A stretch of 64,000 nt of DNA from Candidatus Sericytochromatia bacterium (GCA_035285865.1 JAYKHS010000005.1:58057-122056); one strand, 5' to 3'; shown: positions 9,591 to 19,693, counted from the stretch's first letter. Numbers and translations are program-made. The notes: generated by a model not told the origin, from the letters alone.

Positions 9591-10465
9591 TGGAAGACCA
9601 GGCATCCCGGCTGCGCGAGCTGGTGCGCGACGGCCAGTCGGCCGATCCCCGCCCGCAGGCGCGCATCATCGTCGTCACGTCTGGCAAGGGTGGCGTGGGC
9701 AAGACCAACGTGGCCGTTAACCTGGCACTGGCCATGGGCCAGTTGGGGCAGCGCGTGATCTTGTTCGACGCGGACATGGGCATGGCCAACGTGGACGTGG
9801 TGTTGAACATGTCCCCGCCCCACACCCTGACGGACGTTCTGGCCGGTCGTCGCAGCCTGCGCGAGGTTCTGGCTCCCATCGAGCCCGGTGTTCATCTTGT
9901 GCCCGGTGGCTCCGGGGTGGCCCAGTTGGCCGCATTGGAGTCGGCTCGTCTGGAGGCGACGGTCCAGCGTCTCTCGGAGCTCGAGCGCCTCTCGGACGTG
10001 ATGATCGTCGACACGGGAGCCGGTATCTCGCCCAATGTCCTCGGTTTCGTGCTGGCTGCACCCGAGGTCATCGTGGTCACGACACCCGAGCCGACGTCCA
10101 TCGTCGATGCCTACGGAATCATCAAGGCCATCGACCAGCGCAACCAGCACGCCCGCGTCTGGTTGCTGGTCAACATGTGTGCGTCCGAGAACGAGGCCCG
10201 CTCCGTGTACGACCGGCTCGTGGCGATCATCGCGCGATTCCTCGGGGTCAAGGTGCGTCTGCTCGGGTGGATCGAGCGGGATCCCCAGGTTGGCCGAGCC
10301 GTCCTTCAGCAGAAGCCTTTCGTGCGTGCCTTCCCGGGAGGCGTTCCGGCAAGACGCATCGTGGCTGTTGCGGAGAAGCTGCTGGGCTTCACCGGCGTCG
10401 GTTCCGGTGCGGAGCGGCAAGGCTTCTTCGCGCGCTGGGGCCAGTGGTTCGCCCCAAAGGCTTGA
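9590..10465 (+). CDS. flhG: MinD-like ATPase FlhG/FleN
   Basis: DQASRLR, SGKGGVGKT, DADMGMANVD, DTGAGI, TPEPTSIVDAY; coupled to flhF. Confidence 0.92.
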   Translation: MEDQASRLRELVRDGQSADPRPQARIIVVTSGKGGVGKTNVAVNLALAMGQLGQRVILFDADMGMANVDVVLNMSPPHTLTDVLAGRRSLREVLAPIEPGVHLVPGGSGVAQLAALESARLEATVQRLSELERLSDVMIVDTGAGISPNVLGFVLAAPEVIVVTTPEPTSIVDAYGIIKAIDQRNQHARVWLLVNMCASENEARSVYDRLVAIIARFLGVKVRLLGWIERDPQVGRAVLQQKPFVRAFPGGVPARRIVAVAEKLLGFTGVGSGAERQGFFARWGQWFAPKA

Positions 10466-10516
10466 CGGCCCACAAGGGCCGATTGACGCATCGGCTGAAG
10501 CGAATCGCGCGAGGCG

Positions 10517-11290
10517 TCAGGCTTCGGGGCGGCGACGCTTTTGTGCCAGGAACTGCCGCCCGCCGCGGATCGTGCCGAGGCTGCTGCGCAGGTCGGCTTC
10601 GAGTTCGGCGAGGACCTGCTGGACGTAGCTTTCGGCAGAGCGGCGCAAGTTCATGGCCTCGTTGCGCGCTTCGTCGAGGATGCGCTGGGCTTCGAGACGC
10701 GCGGCCGTGACCTCTGCGGCTTCGTGTAGACGACTGGCTTCGTGGCCGACGTTGCGGGGTGCACCGTGACCGTTACGGCCGGAAGGCTCGCCGGACCGGA
10801 CGCTCGGGGGCACCGGCATGCTCGAGTGGACGGGTGTGTCGTGGGCTTCCCCGTGGCCTTCCGTGCGGCCGACGGCGACCGACTGGGGCGTGGTCGTGAC
10901 TTCGCCTTGCGACACCGTCACGAGGATATCCGCCTCGTACCGAGGTTGGATGGTGGTCGCCATGCCATCGGCCATGACATCGACCACGGCCTCACCTGCC
11001 GTACCGGCAGCCACGAGGACGGGTTCTGGCCGCAACACGGGAGCCGCAACACGCGGGGCGCGCTCTTCAAGTTGGTAGCGGCGGACAAGGTCCTTGCCGT
11101 CCAGGCCCAGCAGGCGTGCCACCTGACGGATGTAGCCCTGAACGAAGACGGGAGCGAGGATGGTGTCGATCTGGTCCTGCTCGAGCGCCTCAAGGTAGGG
11201 CAACTTGATGTAGGTCCGGCTGGCGACCTCATCGAGCGTCAGGCCCATGGTCTCACGGGTCTGGCGAAGGACTTGAGCGACAGTCGTCAT
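10517..11290 (-). CDS. RodZ-type HTH protein with a C-terminal DivIVA/Cdv3-like coiled coil and no transmembrane helix
   Basis: LRQTRE.MGLTLDEVASRTYIK..YLEALE...VFVQGYIRQVARLLGLD; C-terminus AESYVQQVLAELEADLRSSLGTIRGGRQFL. Confidence 0.75.
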   Translation of the reverse strand: MTTVAQVLRQTRETMGLTLDEVASRTYIKLPYLEALEQDQIDTILAPVFVQGYIRQVARLLGLDGKDLVRRYQLEERAPRVAAPVLRPEPVLVAAGTAGEAVVDVMADGMATTIQPRYEADILVTVSQGEVTTTPQSVAVGRTEGHGEAHDTPVHSSMPVPPSVRSGEPSGRNGHGAPRNVGHEASRLHEAAEVTAARLEAQRILDEARNEAMNLRRSAESYVQQVLAELEADLRSSLGTIRGGRQFLAQKRRRPEA

Positions 11291-11393
11291 GCGGGCGGTC
11301 GGGGTCTATGGGAGGGGGAGGACGGCATGCTCACGGAGCACGACCGCATCATGCTAGCACGGTAGGCGCAACAGTAGGAGGGATAGGCTGTAG

Positions 11394-12590
11394 GTGACGG
11401 CCGGCCGAGCACCCCTCCGCTACAGGCTCTTGGCCGGGGCCCCGGTCCTGGCGCTCGGTGCGTGCGCCATTCTGCCCGTGGCCTACGGTACGGGCAAGGC
11501 CCAGGATGCCGGCTTGCAAGACCCCGTCGCCGACCGGCCGGCATTCCCCGCCGCGGAGTCTGCCGCGGTTCCGGAGACAATGCTGACGCCCGCTGGACAA
11601 GAGACCGTGACGAGTCCCGCAAGCCGATCCGATCAGACCCCCCAGCCTTCGCCTTCTCCATCGCCTACGCCCCATCCCTTCCCTACGCCACGTCCTTTGC
11701 CAACGCTGGGGTCGGGCCTCGCGACCTGGCGTGTCGAGACTTGGGCGGGTCAGGACGCCACCGGTTCGCTGGACGGACCACGACTTGGCGCCACGTTCGA
11801 GGAGCTGGCCGGATTGGCCATGGGAGCGGACGGTGCCCTTTACCTTTCCGACCACAAGGGCAGGAACCTGCGTCGCATAGGATCTGACGGCGTCGTCACG
11901 ACCTTGTTGGGACCGGATAGGTTGAATGGTCCGCGTGGCATTGCTCTTGCACCCTCCGGCACCCTCTATGGCTGCGAGTCGGACAGGCACCGCGTCCTTG
12001 CCTTGGAGCCCGGCGGAGAAGCACGGGTCGTGGCAGGGGGGGCCGGGATTGGCAGCGTCGATGGGCCGCCCGACGTGGCGCGATTCGATGGGCCTTGCGG
12101 AGTTGCCGTACGGCCTGATGGCCGCGTCGTCGTGGGAAGCGCATTCCCGTTGCATGGACCAAACTCGGTTGCGGTCAAGCCCGACGGCCAAGTGCTGGTT
12201 CTGGAGCGGCAGATGGGCCGTCTCTCGCTGTTGGCGCCGGATCAGAGCGTGACCACAGTTGCCGGCGGGGGGTATCCCACCTATGCCGACGGGACGGGAG
12301 CGTCCGCCGGTTTCTCGGAGCCTTCCAAGATCTGCCTGGCACCGGACGGACGCGTCTTCGTGGGAGACGCGGGGGATCATCGGGTCCGCGTCGTCGAACC
12401 GGATGGCAGGGTATGGACCTTGGCCGGCGATGGGCCCGTGGGATTCACGGGCGGGTCCTTTGCGGACGGAACTGGTGCGACGGCGCGTTTCAACAGGCCC
12501 ATGGGGATTGCCCTCGGGAAGGACGGTGCGCTGTTCGTCGCGGATTCGGGCAATCATCGCATCCGGAGGCTTGTTCCCCCTTCGCCGTGA
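11394..12590 (+). CDS. NHL-repeat beta-propeller protein, membrane-anchored or secreted
   Basis: Repeated ARF..P.GIA...DG.LYV.D..NHRIRR units; N-terminal hydrophobic segment and Pro-rich linker. Confidence 0.85.
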   Translation: MTAGRAPLRYRLLAGAPVLALGACAILPVAYGTGKAQDAGLQDPVADRPAFPAAESAAVPETMLTPAGQETVTSPASRSDQTPQPSPSPSPTPHPFPTPRPLPTLGSGLATWRVETWAGQDATGSLDGPRLGATFEELAGLAMGADGALYLSDHKGRNLRRIGSDGVVTTLLGPDRLNGPRGIALAPSGTLYGCESDRHRVLALEPGGEARVVAGGAGIGSVDGPPDVARFDGPCGVAVRPDGRVVVGSAFPLHGPNSVAVKPDGQVLVLERQMGRLSLLAPDQSVTTVAGGGYPTYADGTGASAGFSEPSKICLAPDGRVFVGDAGDHRVRVVEPDGRVWTLAGDGPVGFTGGSFADGTGATARFNRPMGIALGKDGALFVADSGNHRIRRLVPPSP

Positions 12591-12652
12591 CGGTCCGGGC
12601 AATCTGTCATGGTCATTTTGGAGCCTCTGCGCCCGCGTGCTAGGCTGGCCGC

Positions 12653-14344
12653 ATGTTGCTGCGCCTGCAGGTTCACCAGTTCGTCCTGATCGAGGCACTC
12701 GATCTGGAGGTCACGCCGGGCCTCACGGTCCTGACCGGTGAAACCGGCGCGGGCAAGAGCGTCCTCCTCGCTGCACTGGCTGCCGTGCTGGGCGGTCGGA
12801 CCTCGGCCGATGTCATCCGGCCGGGGGCGGCCAAGGCGTGGGTCGAGGCCACGTTTGCCGCCGAAGGGCCGTGGTGGACCCGATGGCGCGAGGATTCGGG
12901 CATAGCACCGCTCGAGTCGGGTCGTGTCGTGTTGTCCCGCGATGTCACGCCGCAGGGCAGCCGGGCCCGCATCGATGGGCAGACCGTGACCCTCGCCGAA
13001 CTGCGCGAGCTGGGCAGCCATCTCGTGTCTCTGTCCGGCCAGCATGACCATGTGCGTCTGATGGATGCTGCCGTGCAGCGGGAAACACTCGATGCGTACG
13101 GTGACCACGCTGCCCTGGCGCGAGAGGTTGCAGAGGTCTACGTGCGATGGCAGGGGCTTGTGGCCAAGGAGCATCGGTTGCGCGAGGACGCCACGCGCCG
13201 CGAGGCCGAGCGTGACTTCATGGCCTTTCAGTTGCGCGAGCTCGAGACCGCGGATCTGGTCGATCCGGCAGAGGATGCGACGCTGCGTGAGCGCCTGCAT
13301 ATCCTGAGGCAGCAGACGAAACTGCTGGAAGGCGCCGAGCGGGCGCGGCTTGCCGCGGGCGAGGCCTCTGGCGACCCCGTGTCCAGGGCGCTGGGCGCGC
13401 TTCGCCCCCTCGCGGGGATTGATCCACGACTCGCCGGGGTCGTCGAACTGCTCGAGACCGCAGAGGCCAGTCTGAATGAGGCCGGCGATGCGCTCCGTCG
13501 ATACCTCGACCGAGATGGGGAAGATGTCGATGACCTCGAAGCCCTTGAAGCACGGTTGCATTTGTTGTCTGGCGTGGTACGCCGCCACGGTGGTTCGCTG
13601 GAGCTGGCCATCGAACGACGGGAGCACCTCGCGCGCGAACTGGCGCAAGCCGAGGAGGACACCCTCGCACGCGCGCGGATCGAGGCGGATGTCGCCGCGG
13701 CGGCCGTGGCTTGGGATGCGGCTGCTGTTCGCCTATCCGTGGCGCGTCGGCTGGCCGCCGAGCGGCTGACCGGTGAGCTGAGTGGCATACTGCGGGGCCT
13801 CGGTCTGCCGCACGCGAGCCTGCATGTTGAACTCGAGACCGTGTCGCAGCGGACGGCCCACGGTGCCGAGGCCGTGTCATGGCGCTTTTCGGCGCAGCCG
13901 GATGCCCCGGCAAAGCCCCTCGCCAAGGTTGCATCGGGCGGGGAGCTGGCCCGCATTCTGCTGGCCGTACACGTGTCCATGCAAGGTGTGGCCGCCATGC
14001 CCACGCTGGTCTTCGACGAGATCGATACCGGTATCTCGGGCGAGGCTGCTGCTGCCGTCGGTCGCCAACTGGCCCGCTTGTCGCAGGAGGATCAGGTTCT
14101 GGTCGTCACGCATCTGCCTGCGGTGGCCGCGGGAGCGGATCGACACCTGCACCTGCGCAAGATCGTGTCCGACGGGCGGACGGGGTTGTCACTCACGGAT
14201 CTGGGGGATGAGGAACGTGTCCGGGTCCTCGCGGAGATGCTGGCAGGCGAGGAGCCGGCGGAAGGGGCGCTCGGGGCCGCGCGCGAGCTGCGGCAGCGGG
14301 CATCGGCAAGCAAGGAGGTCGGCCTGCATGGCGTCCGGGCATGA
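12653..14344 (+). CDS. recN: DNA repair protein RecN
   Basis: LTGETGAGKS Walker A, GQHD, KVASGGELARI, LVFDEIDTGISG, QVLVVTHLP. Confidence 0.95.
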   Translation: MLLRLQVHQFVLIEALDLEVTPGLTVLTGETGAGKSVLLAALAAVLGGRTSADVIRPGAAKAWVEATFAAEGPWWTRWREDSGIAPLESGRVVLSRDVTPQGSRARIDGQTVTLAELRELGSHLVSLSGQHDHVRLMDAAVQRETLDAYGDHAALAREVAEVYVRWQGLVAKEHRLREDATRREAERDFMAFQLRELETADLVDPAEDATLRERLHILRQQTKLLEGAERARLAAGEASGDPVSRALGALRPLAGIDPRLAGVVELLETAEASLNEAGDALRRYLDRDGEDVDDLEALEARLHLLSGVVRRHGGSLELAIERREHLARELAQAEEDTLARARIEADVAAAAVAWDAAAVRLSVARRLAAERLTGELSGILRGLGLPHASLHVELETVSQRTAHGAEAVSWRFSAQPDAPAKPLAKVASGGELARILLAVHVSMQGVAAMPTLVFDEIDTGISGEAAAAVGRQLARLSQEDQVLVVTHLPAVAAGADRHLHLRKIVSDGRTGLSLTDLGDEERVRVLAEMLAGEEPAEGALGAARELRQRASASKEVGLHGVRA

Positions 14345-14825
14345 GGCTTCGTTCCGTTTGCGCGTGGGCAATCGCGAGGTGCGCGTCGCGGGGTCGGAAG
14401 ACTTGGTTCGCGAGGCCATGCGCCATTGGGCTGGTCTCTGGACCGATGGTCCGATTCGGGAGGCTGATTCGGAAGCGGTCGGGAGCGCGGACGAGGAAGG
14501 CCATGTCGCACCGGTCTTGCGCGTCCAGAAAAACATCGGAGTCGGTGATCTCGTTGCCTTGAAAAACCCGGAGACGCCGCGGGATCGGCTGCTGACGGCG
14601 GCGTACTATCTGGAACGCTACGAGAAGCGTGAGCGTTATGGCCTCGATCAGTTACGGATGCTGTGGCTCGAGGCTTATCCGTGCGAGCCCATGGATCCCG
14701 AGTCGTGGGAAGATGCCATCCGCGACGGCTACCTGGAGCGCGTGGCGGACGGGATGTTCACCCTGACCTTTTCTGGCGAGAGCTATGTCCAGAACGGCCT
14801 CGTCGAGGAGTATCGCCCCGGATGA
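14328..14825 (+). CDS. Hypothetical protein, possible C-terminal winged helix
   Basis: AGGAGG SD before ATG 14328; overlaps the end of recN and the msrB start (ATGA); ends FTLTFSGESYV. Confidence 0.65.
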   Translation: MASGHEASFRLRVGNREVRVAGSEDLVREAMRHWAGLWTDGPIREADSEAVGSADEEGHVAPVLRVQKNIGVGDLVALKNPETPRDRLLTAAYYLERYEKRERYGLDQLRMLWLEAYPCEPMDPESWEDAIRDGYLERVADGMFTLTFSGESYVQNGLVEEYRPG

Positions 14826-15325
14826 AGGTGACCGACCTTGCTTCGGCCGCGCTGTTGGTCGGTTTGTTTGCCTGTCCGGCCTCGGCCGCTGGGGCGCAGG
14901 CAACGCGTTCAGCGACGCTCTCTGCCGATGCTTGGCATTGCCTCAGGATGAAGGGCACCGAAAGACCCTTCACCGGGGCTTTCTGGCAAAACCATGAGCC
15001 GGGCATATACCGCTGTGGCGACTGCCGTGCAGTACTTTTCGACAGTCGGAACAAGTTCGACTCAGGAACGGGCTGGCCCAGCTTCGACCGCCCTGCGGCA
15101 TCGGCCTCGGTCCGCCTGTTGCCCGATCGAAGCCATGGCATGGATCGGACCGAGGTACAGTGCGCCCGATGCGGGGGGCATCTGGGTCATGTCTTCGATG
15201 ATGGACCGGCCACGACGGGACAGAGATTCTGCATCAACTCGGCCAGCCTGGTCTTCGAGGCTCGGCCGGCACGCTCCGTAACCTCCGGGCCTCGCGCAGC
15301 CGGAAGCGGCAAGGGACGGCCCTGA
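14822..15325 (+). CDS. msrB: Peptide-methionine (R)-S-oxide reductase MsrB with signal peptide
   Basis: GTERPFTG, CxxC, KFDSGTGWPSF, CxxC.GHLGHVFDDGP, RFCINS. Confidence 0.93.
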   Translation: MKVTDLASAALLVGLFACPASAAGAQATRSATLSADAWHCLRMKGTERPFTGAFWQNHEPGIYRCGDCRAVLFDSRNKFDSGTGWPSFDRPAASASVRLLPDRSHGMDRTEVQCARCGGHLGHVFDDGPATTGQRFCINSASLVFEARPARSVTSGPRAAGSGKGRP

Positions 15326-15342
15326 CTGACCGACGCCAACCA

Positions 15343-15388
15343 AGCCAATGGCCCCGCCTCCCGATCCGGAAAGGCGGGGCCATTGGCT
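15343..15388. terminator. Hairpin between convergent msrB and yceI-like genes
   Basis: Perfect 17-bp inverted repeat AGCCAATGGCCCCGCCT / AGGCGGGGCCATTGGCT. Confidence 0.75.
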
Positions 15389-15394
15389 CAGGGT

Positions 15395-15997
15395 CTACTT
15401 GGCGGCCTGCTGGATGAGCTCAACCTCGAGCGTGATGGCGATGTCTTCGCCCACAAGCACGCCACCGGTCTCGATGTTCTTGTTCCAGGTCAGGCCGTAG
15501 TCACGACGATCGATGTGCGTCGTGGCTTCGGTGCCGGTCCGCATGTTGCCCCAGGGATCCTTCGCCGCCTTGGCGGGGAGGGCCACTTGCAGCGTCACGG
15601 GCTTGGTCACGCCGTGGAGCGTAAGGTTGCCGAGCACCGACAGACCGTCCTTGGTGGCCTTCACGACGCGGGTGCTCTGGAAGGTCATGGTCGGGAACTT
15701 CTCGACATCGAAGAAGTCGGGGCTCTTCAGGTGGCCGTCCCGCTTGGCGTTGCCGGTGTCGACGCTGGACACGTCGATGGTGGCCTCGACGGTGGACTTC
15801 TCGGGGTGGGCGGCGTCATAGACCACCGAACCCTTGATGGCGGGGAACGAGCCACGGACGTTGCTGACCATCAGATGCTTGACCTTGAAGTGGGCGGCCG
15901 AGTGCATGTCGTCGATGGCGTAGGTGACAGGGGCGGCCGTGGCGGGTAGGGCGGCAAAGGTCGCAAAGGCGAGAAGTGCGGCTGAAGCAAGGCGCAT
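15395..15997 (-). CDS. yceI: YceI-family polyisoprenoid-binding protein, secreted
   Basis: YAIDDMHS..HFKVKHLMVSNVRGSF, DTGNAKRDGHLKSPDFFD, GNLTLHGVTK, DPWG, IDRRDYGLTW. Confidence 0.93.
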   Translation of the reverse strand: MRLASAALLAFATFAALPATAAPVTYAIDDMHSAAHFKVKHLMVSNVRGSFPAIKGSVVYDAAHPEKSTVEATIDVSSVDTGNAKRDGHLKSPDFFDVEKFPTMTFQSTRVVKATKDGLSVLGNLTLHGVTKPVTLQVALPAKAAKDPWGNMRTGTEATTHIDRRDYGLTWNKNIETGGVLVGEDIAITLEVELIQQAAK

Positions 15998-16097
15998 GAG
16001 CGAGTCTCCTGGTGGGGAAGGGATACCTTGCCTGCAACGATAGCATATCGGATCTACCCCTGGGGCGTAGGGTATCGGGCGGAATGCACGAATGAGA

Positions 16098-16129
16098 TCA
16101 GTCCCCCCGGCCGAGGCCAGGTGGACTGA
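16098..16129. terminator. Possible terminator hairpin after the 1162-aa gene
   Basis: TCAGTCC...GGACTGA inverted repeat just downstream of the stop at 16147. Confidence 0.4.
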
Positions 16130-16146
16130 GGGAACGGGTCGACGCG

Positions 16147-19100
16147 CTACGGCTGGACGGGGGCGTCGTATGCGAAGCCCAATAGCGCCACAGACGGCTC
16201 CTCTGAACGGACTTCAAGGTAATCCAGAGTTTCGCCCTCCGGAGCCTTGACGTTCAAGACATAGTCGCCAGAGGATTCCAGTGGTCTGAATGCATTCTGA
16301 TCCATGACCATCCGATTGCCTGCGCTGGTCTTGAATACCACCACCGGCAGCGTCGATGGAGCACGGAGGAAGAGCGTCATGTTGCTCGTGAGGCGTGTGC
16401 TGGTGATGAGGAAATGGGCAGTCGCTGCCCGCTCGCCAAGTTCATTGGTGGCTGCATACATTCCACTGTTTCGGACAACGAGGAAACCCGCCTCGGAAGA
16501 GACTTCGACGTCAGAACTCAGAAACGGAACGGTGTAGAGGCCGTCTCCCAATCCACTGACATTCAGTTCGTACCGCGCGAGAGGCGGCTGCGGGGGTATC
16601 TCGATGTAGTTGCTCGCAAAGTCGCCCTGCACGTCCGACACGCTGTCGCCGAGCTTGAAGAAGCCGTTGAGGCCGTTGGACGAGAGCGTCAGCGACGCCT
16701 CCAGTTCACCCACCGAGTCAGTGGAACGCACGGACTTGAAGGTGCCTTCCAGCGTGAAGGTGTCCTCAGCCAGCTTTGTGACACGTGGCATTGGCATCAC
16801 GGCAACTTGGCCATCCCTGTCGACCAGTTCGATCATCAAGCCCGCGCTGGTGTCTGCGACCGATAGCTGCAGATCGCGGTCGTAGGGGTTGCCGCTGAAC
16901 CATCGCATGTCGTATCGACCTTCAAGTTGGCTGGGCAAGGTCGCCGCCGGCGGTTCGATGCCACCCCCGCCACCACCATTCGACGGCCGAGCCAAGCTGA
17001 ACTGGGTGACGTTGCCCCCGTCATCCACCAGATTCGCGCCGACGAATCCGTTGGCGTCAAAATGGACGCGGATATTCATCTGTTCGGGGCCAGGTCCCTG
17101 CTTTCGCCGGTTGAGCCGACCTGAAGCCGTGAAGCTGCCGTCCTCCAGTTTCTCGATCAAGTCGAAGCTTGCATCGGCCACGATGTAGTCACTGCCCTGG
17201 GCGGCGGGGTCATAGAGATTTACACCGAACGCGAAAGGCTGATCGGCATTGCCGGTCGTGGTGCTGAAGAGCGAGAAGTTGAGCTTTACGCCGAAGGGAT
17301 TGCTGCCTCGCTGCAGGGTGGACGTATAGTCACCCAGCACCGAGTCAGGCAGTGCGACGTAGGGCGGGGGCGGGGGCGGTTGGATCTGCTGGGCTTCGGA
17401 AACGGAGCCCTGACCGATGGCGTTGCCGTCAGTGACCGAGATGCTGGTCAGGTACCACGGACGTTCGCCCGCGGCGCCGCGGTTGTCGAAGAGGCTGAAC
17501 GTGACCTTGACCGGCCCGGCACTGCCCGACGCGTAGTACTCGCCCTCGACTTGCGTTCCGTTCGGAATGGAGGCGAGGCGCATATTGCCGATCACGCCGA
17601 CCGGAAAGCTATTCCCGTTGCTATCGGTACCCAGGACCTTGCCCACGTAGCCATTGCCCTCGAAGCCGAGGTCCATCTGGAACACCGAAGACCCGAACGG
17701 GTTGAAGCCGTCACCCGGCATGACGATGTCCCAGCGGCCGGTCACATCATCCATCGTCAGTGGGAAATTGCCGCCAATGTCGCCGCCGCCACCGCCACCA
17801 CTGCCGCCATCAAAGGGAGAAGCCTGAACATCAAAGCGTGAGTTGTCGAGCATGAAGGTGCCGCCCGCCAGCTCCCACCGGCCCTTGGAGGGGTTGTTCC
17901 GGTCGACCACGTAGAGGACCTGAAGGTCAATCAACGCGATTCGGTTGATGCCCAGGTCGACCTTGATCTCGGCACGGGGTGGTTGGTTGCCCTCGCTGTA
18001 CAGACGGAAGCCGGCGATGTTGCCGACGAACTTCAGTTCGGTGTCGTTGGCGTTGCCACCAACCAGACGACCGACGATGTTTCCGTTCTCCGCCGCCTTA
18101 AGCGCGAGGCTCAGTTTCTCATAACCGAGGTCTGGCCGAGCCTGCGAGAAGTACAGTGCCCAGTCACCCGCGAACGCCACCGGTGCAGGGAGGGGGCCAG
18201 GCATGCTGCCGCCGCCACCTTGATCGCCACCTTGGAGCTCCTCGACCACGAACGTGGCGTCTCCTAGCGAACCGGACACGAGAATCCACCGGCCTTGGCC
18301 GGGCATCATCGGATTCGGCTCGAAACGGGTCACGTACTGCAGGGGGAGACTGAGGCCGCCATCAAGGTTGAGTTCGCCTTGCAGGACCACCTCCCCAGTG
18401 CCCAGCCTTTCTACCCGGAGGCCCTCCACCTTCCCGATGGTGGCCAGGACGGTGGTCGTTTCGGAGCCCTGCAAGACTCGCGCCATCACGCCACCGTCGG
18501 TCATCGGCATGATCGCGACGCCGGTCGTCAGGCCGTCAAAGGGATCCCGGCCGGCCTCAAACCGGAAGATCCAGTCGCCGCCGAAGGCCACGACTGGAGG
18601 CAGGTTCGTGCTCGGGTCACCCCCGCCCTGATTCGGGTCGCCGGGGTTGCTGCCGAACGCCTCGAGCACGGCTTTGAAGAGCACCTGGTTGGCGCGGGCG
18701 TCGGACACGATGGCGCCGGGACGCGCAGCCGGTCCCGGAGGCGGCTGGATCTCGATCGTGAGTTCGCTCGCCAAAGCCTCGACGAAGACCTTGAACAGGA
18801 GGCCGCCCGAGGGCGTGTTGTTCACGAACTGACCAACACCCAGTGACATCGGGCCATTCGGGGTGGCATTAATCACCTCGAGGCTTGCGCCGTTGCTGCC
18901 GACCTTAAGGCGCAGGCCCATGTCCTGCCACGAGGGATCCGGATACGTCGTCCCGGGGAGCAGGGCCAAGCGCTGATCCCCGGCCATCGCGAGACCCAGG
19001 AACCACTCTGGAACGCCGATGGATCCACCGGGTCCGGTCGCGCCACCACCGCCAGTCGACCCACCGTTGCCACCCGTGCTGTCACCGATGCTTCCGCCCG

Positions 19101-19635
19101 TTCCAGGCTGGGATTCGACCCCGCCGAACTGCTTGGTGGCGGTGAAGGTCAGCTCCAACTTGGTCCCGCCGTCCGCCGCGGTGGCAAAGTTGCCGGTCAA
19201 CTCACCGACAGCATTGTCAGCACTGGCGGAAAAATCGTCGTAGATCTTGCCGATGATGGCCGTGTCGTTGACGCTGAAGTCTATCGAGATGCCGGCTTGG
19301 TCACCGGTCCTGGGCTTGTCCTTGGTTAACGTGAGCTTCGTGAGCGACTTCTGGCCGCCGCCAAAAAGCGTGAAGGTGCCCTGGCCCTTGAAGTTGTTGC
19401 CGTCCTTGGTGAACTGAAGCGTTCCCTTGGAAGGGTTGAAGTTCTCGGTGTTCTCACCGTCGATCAGGTACCAGGTGCCGGCGAAAGACTTGAAGTCGGC
19501 GGCTGCGGGCTTTTGTTCCGCGGTCGGGGTCGTGGCCGCAGTCTGGGCCAGATTCCGCAGGGCTGCGGCGTCACAGCCGGCGAGCATCGCGAGCGACAGC
19601 GTCGCGGACAGCCCGGCCTTGATGGAGCGATTCAC
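16147..19635 (-). CDS. Large multi-domain lipoprotein with tandem beta-rich modules
   Basis: Lipobox SLAMLAG-C; repeated FAGxW/xxGxY module starts separated by Gly/Pro linkers; GTG start with AGAGG SD. Confidence 0.8.
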   Translation of the reverse strand: MNRSIKAGLSATLSLAMLAGCDAAALRNLAQTAATTPTAEQKPAAADFKSFAGTWYLIDGENTENFNPSKGTLQFTKDGNNFKGQGTFTLFGGGQKSLTKLTLTKDKPRTGDQAGISIDFSVNDTAIIGKIYDDFSASADNAVGELTGNFATAADGGTKLELTFTATKQFGGVESQPGTGGSIGDSTGGNGGSTGGGGATGPGGSIGVPEWFLGLAMAGDQRLALLPGTTYPDPSWQDMGLRLKVGSNGASLEVINATPNGPMSLGVGQFVNNTPSGGLLFKVFVEALASELTIEIQPPPGPAARPGAIVSDARANQVLFKAVLEAFGSNPGDPNQGGGDPSTNLPPVVAFGGDWIFRFEAGRDPFDGLTTGVAIMPMTDGGVMARVLQGSETTTVLATIGKVEGLRVERLGTGEVVLQGELNLDGGLSLPLQYVTRFEPNPMMPGQGRWILVSGSLGDATFVVEELQGGDQGGGGSMPGPLPAPVAFAGDWALYFSQARPDLGYEKLSLALKAAENGNIVGRLVGGNANDTELKFVGNIAGFRLYSEGNQPPRAEIKVDLGINRIALIDLQVLYVVDRNNPSKGRWELAGGTFMLDNSRFDVQASPFDGGSGGGGGGDIGGNFPLTMDDVTGRWDIVMPGDGFNPFGSSVFQMDLGFEGNGYVGKVLGTDSNGNSFPVGVIGNMRLASIPNGTQVEGEYYASGSAGPVKVTFSLFDNRGAAGERPWYLTSISVTDGNAIGQGSVSEAQQIQPPPPPPYVALPDSVLGDYTSTLQRGSNPFGVKLNFSLFSTTTGNADQPFAFGVNLYDPAAQGSDYIVADASFDLIEKLEDGSFTASGRLNRRKQGPGPEQMNIRVHFDANGFVGANLVDDGGNVTQFSLARPSNGGGGGGIEPPAATLPSQLEGRYDMRWFSGNPYDRDLQLSVADTSAGLMIELVDRDGQVAVMPMPRVTKLAEDTFTLEGTFKSVRSTDSVGELEASLTLSSNGLNGFFKLGDSVSDVQGDFASNYIEIPPQPPLARYELNVSGLGDGLYTVPFLSSDVEVSSEAGFLVVRNSGMYAATNELGERAATAHFLITSTRLTSNMTLFLRAPSTLPVVVFKTSAGNRMVMDQNAFRPLESSGDYVLNVKAPEGETLDYLEVRSEEPSVALLGFAYDAPVQP

Positions 19636-19693
19636 GTTCTACCTCTGATTTCCTGTGAGGGATCGAGACGAGGGTTCACAAAGTGTCACATCC

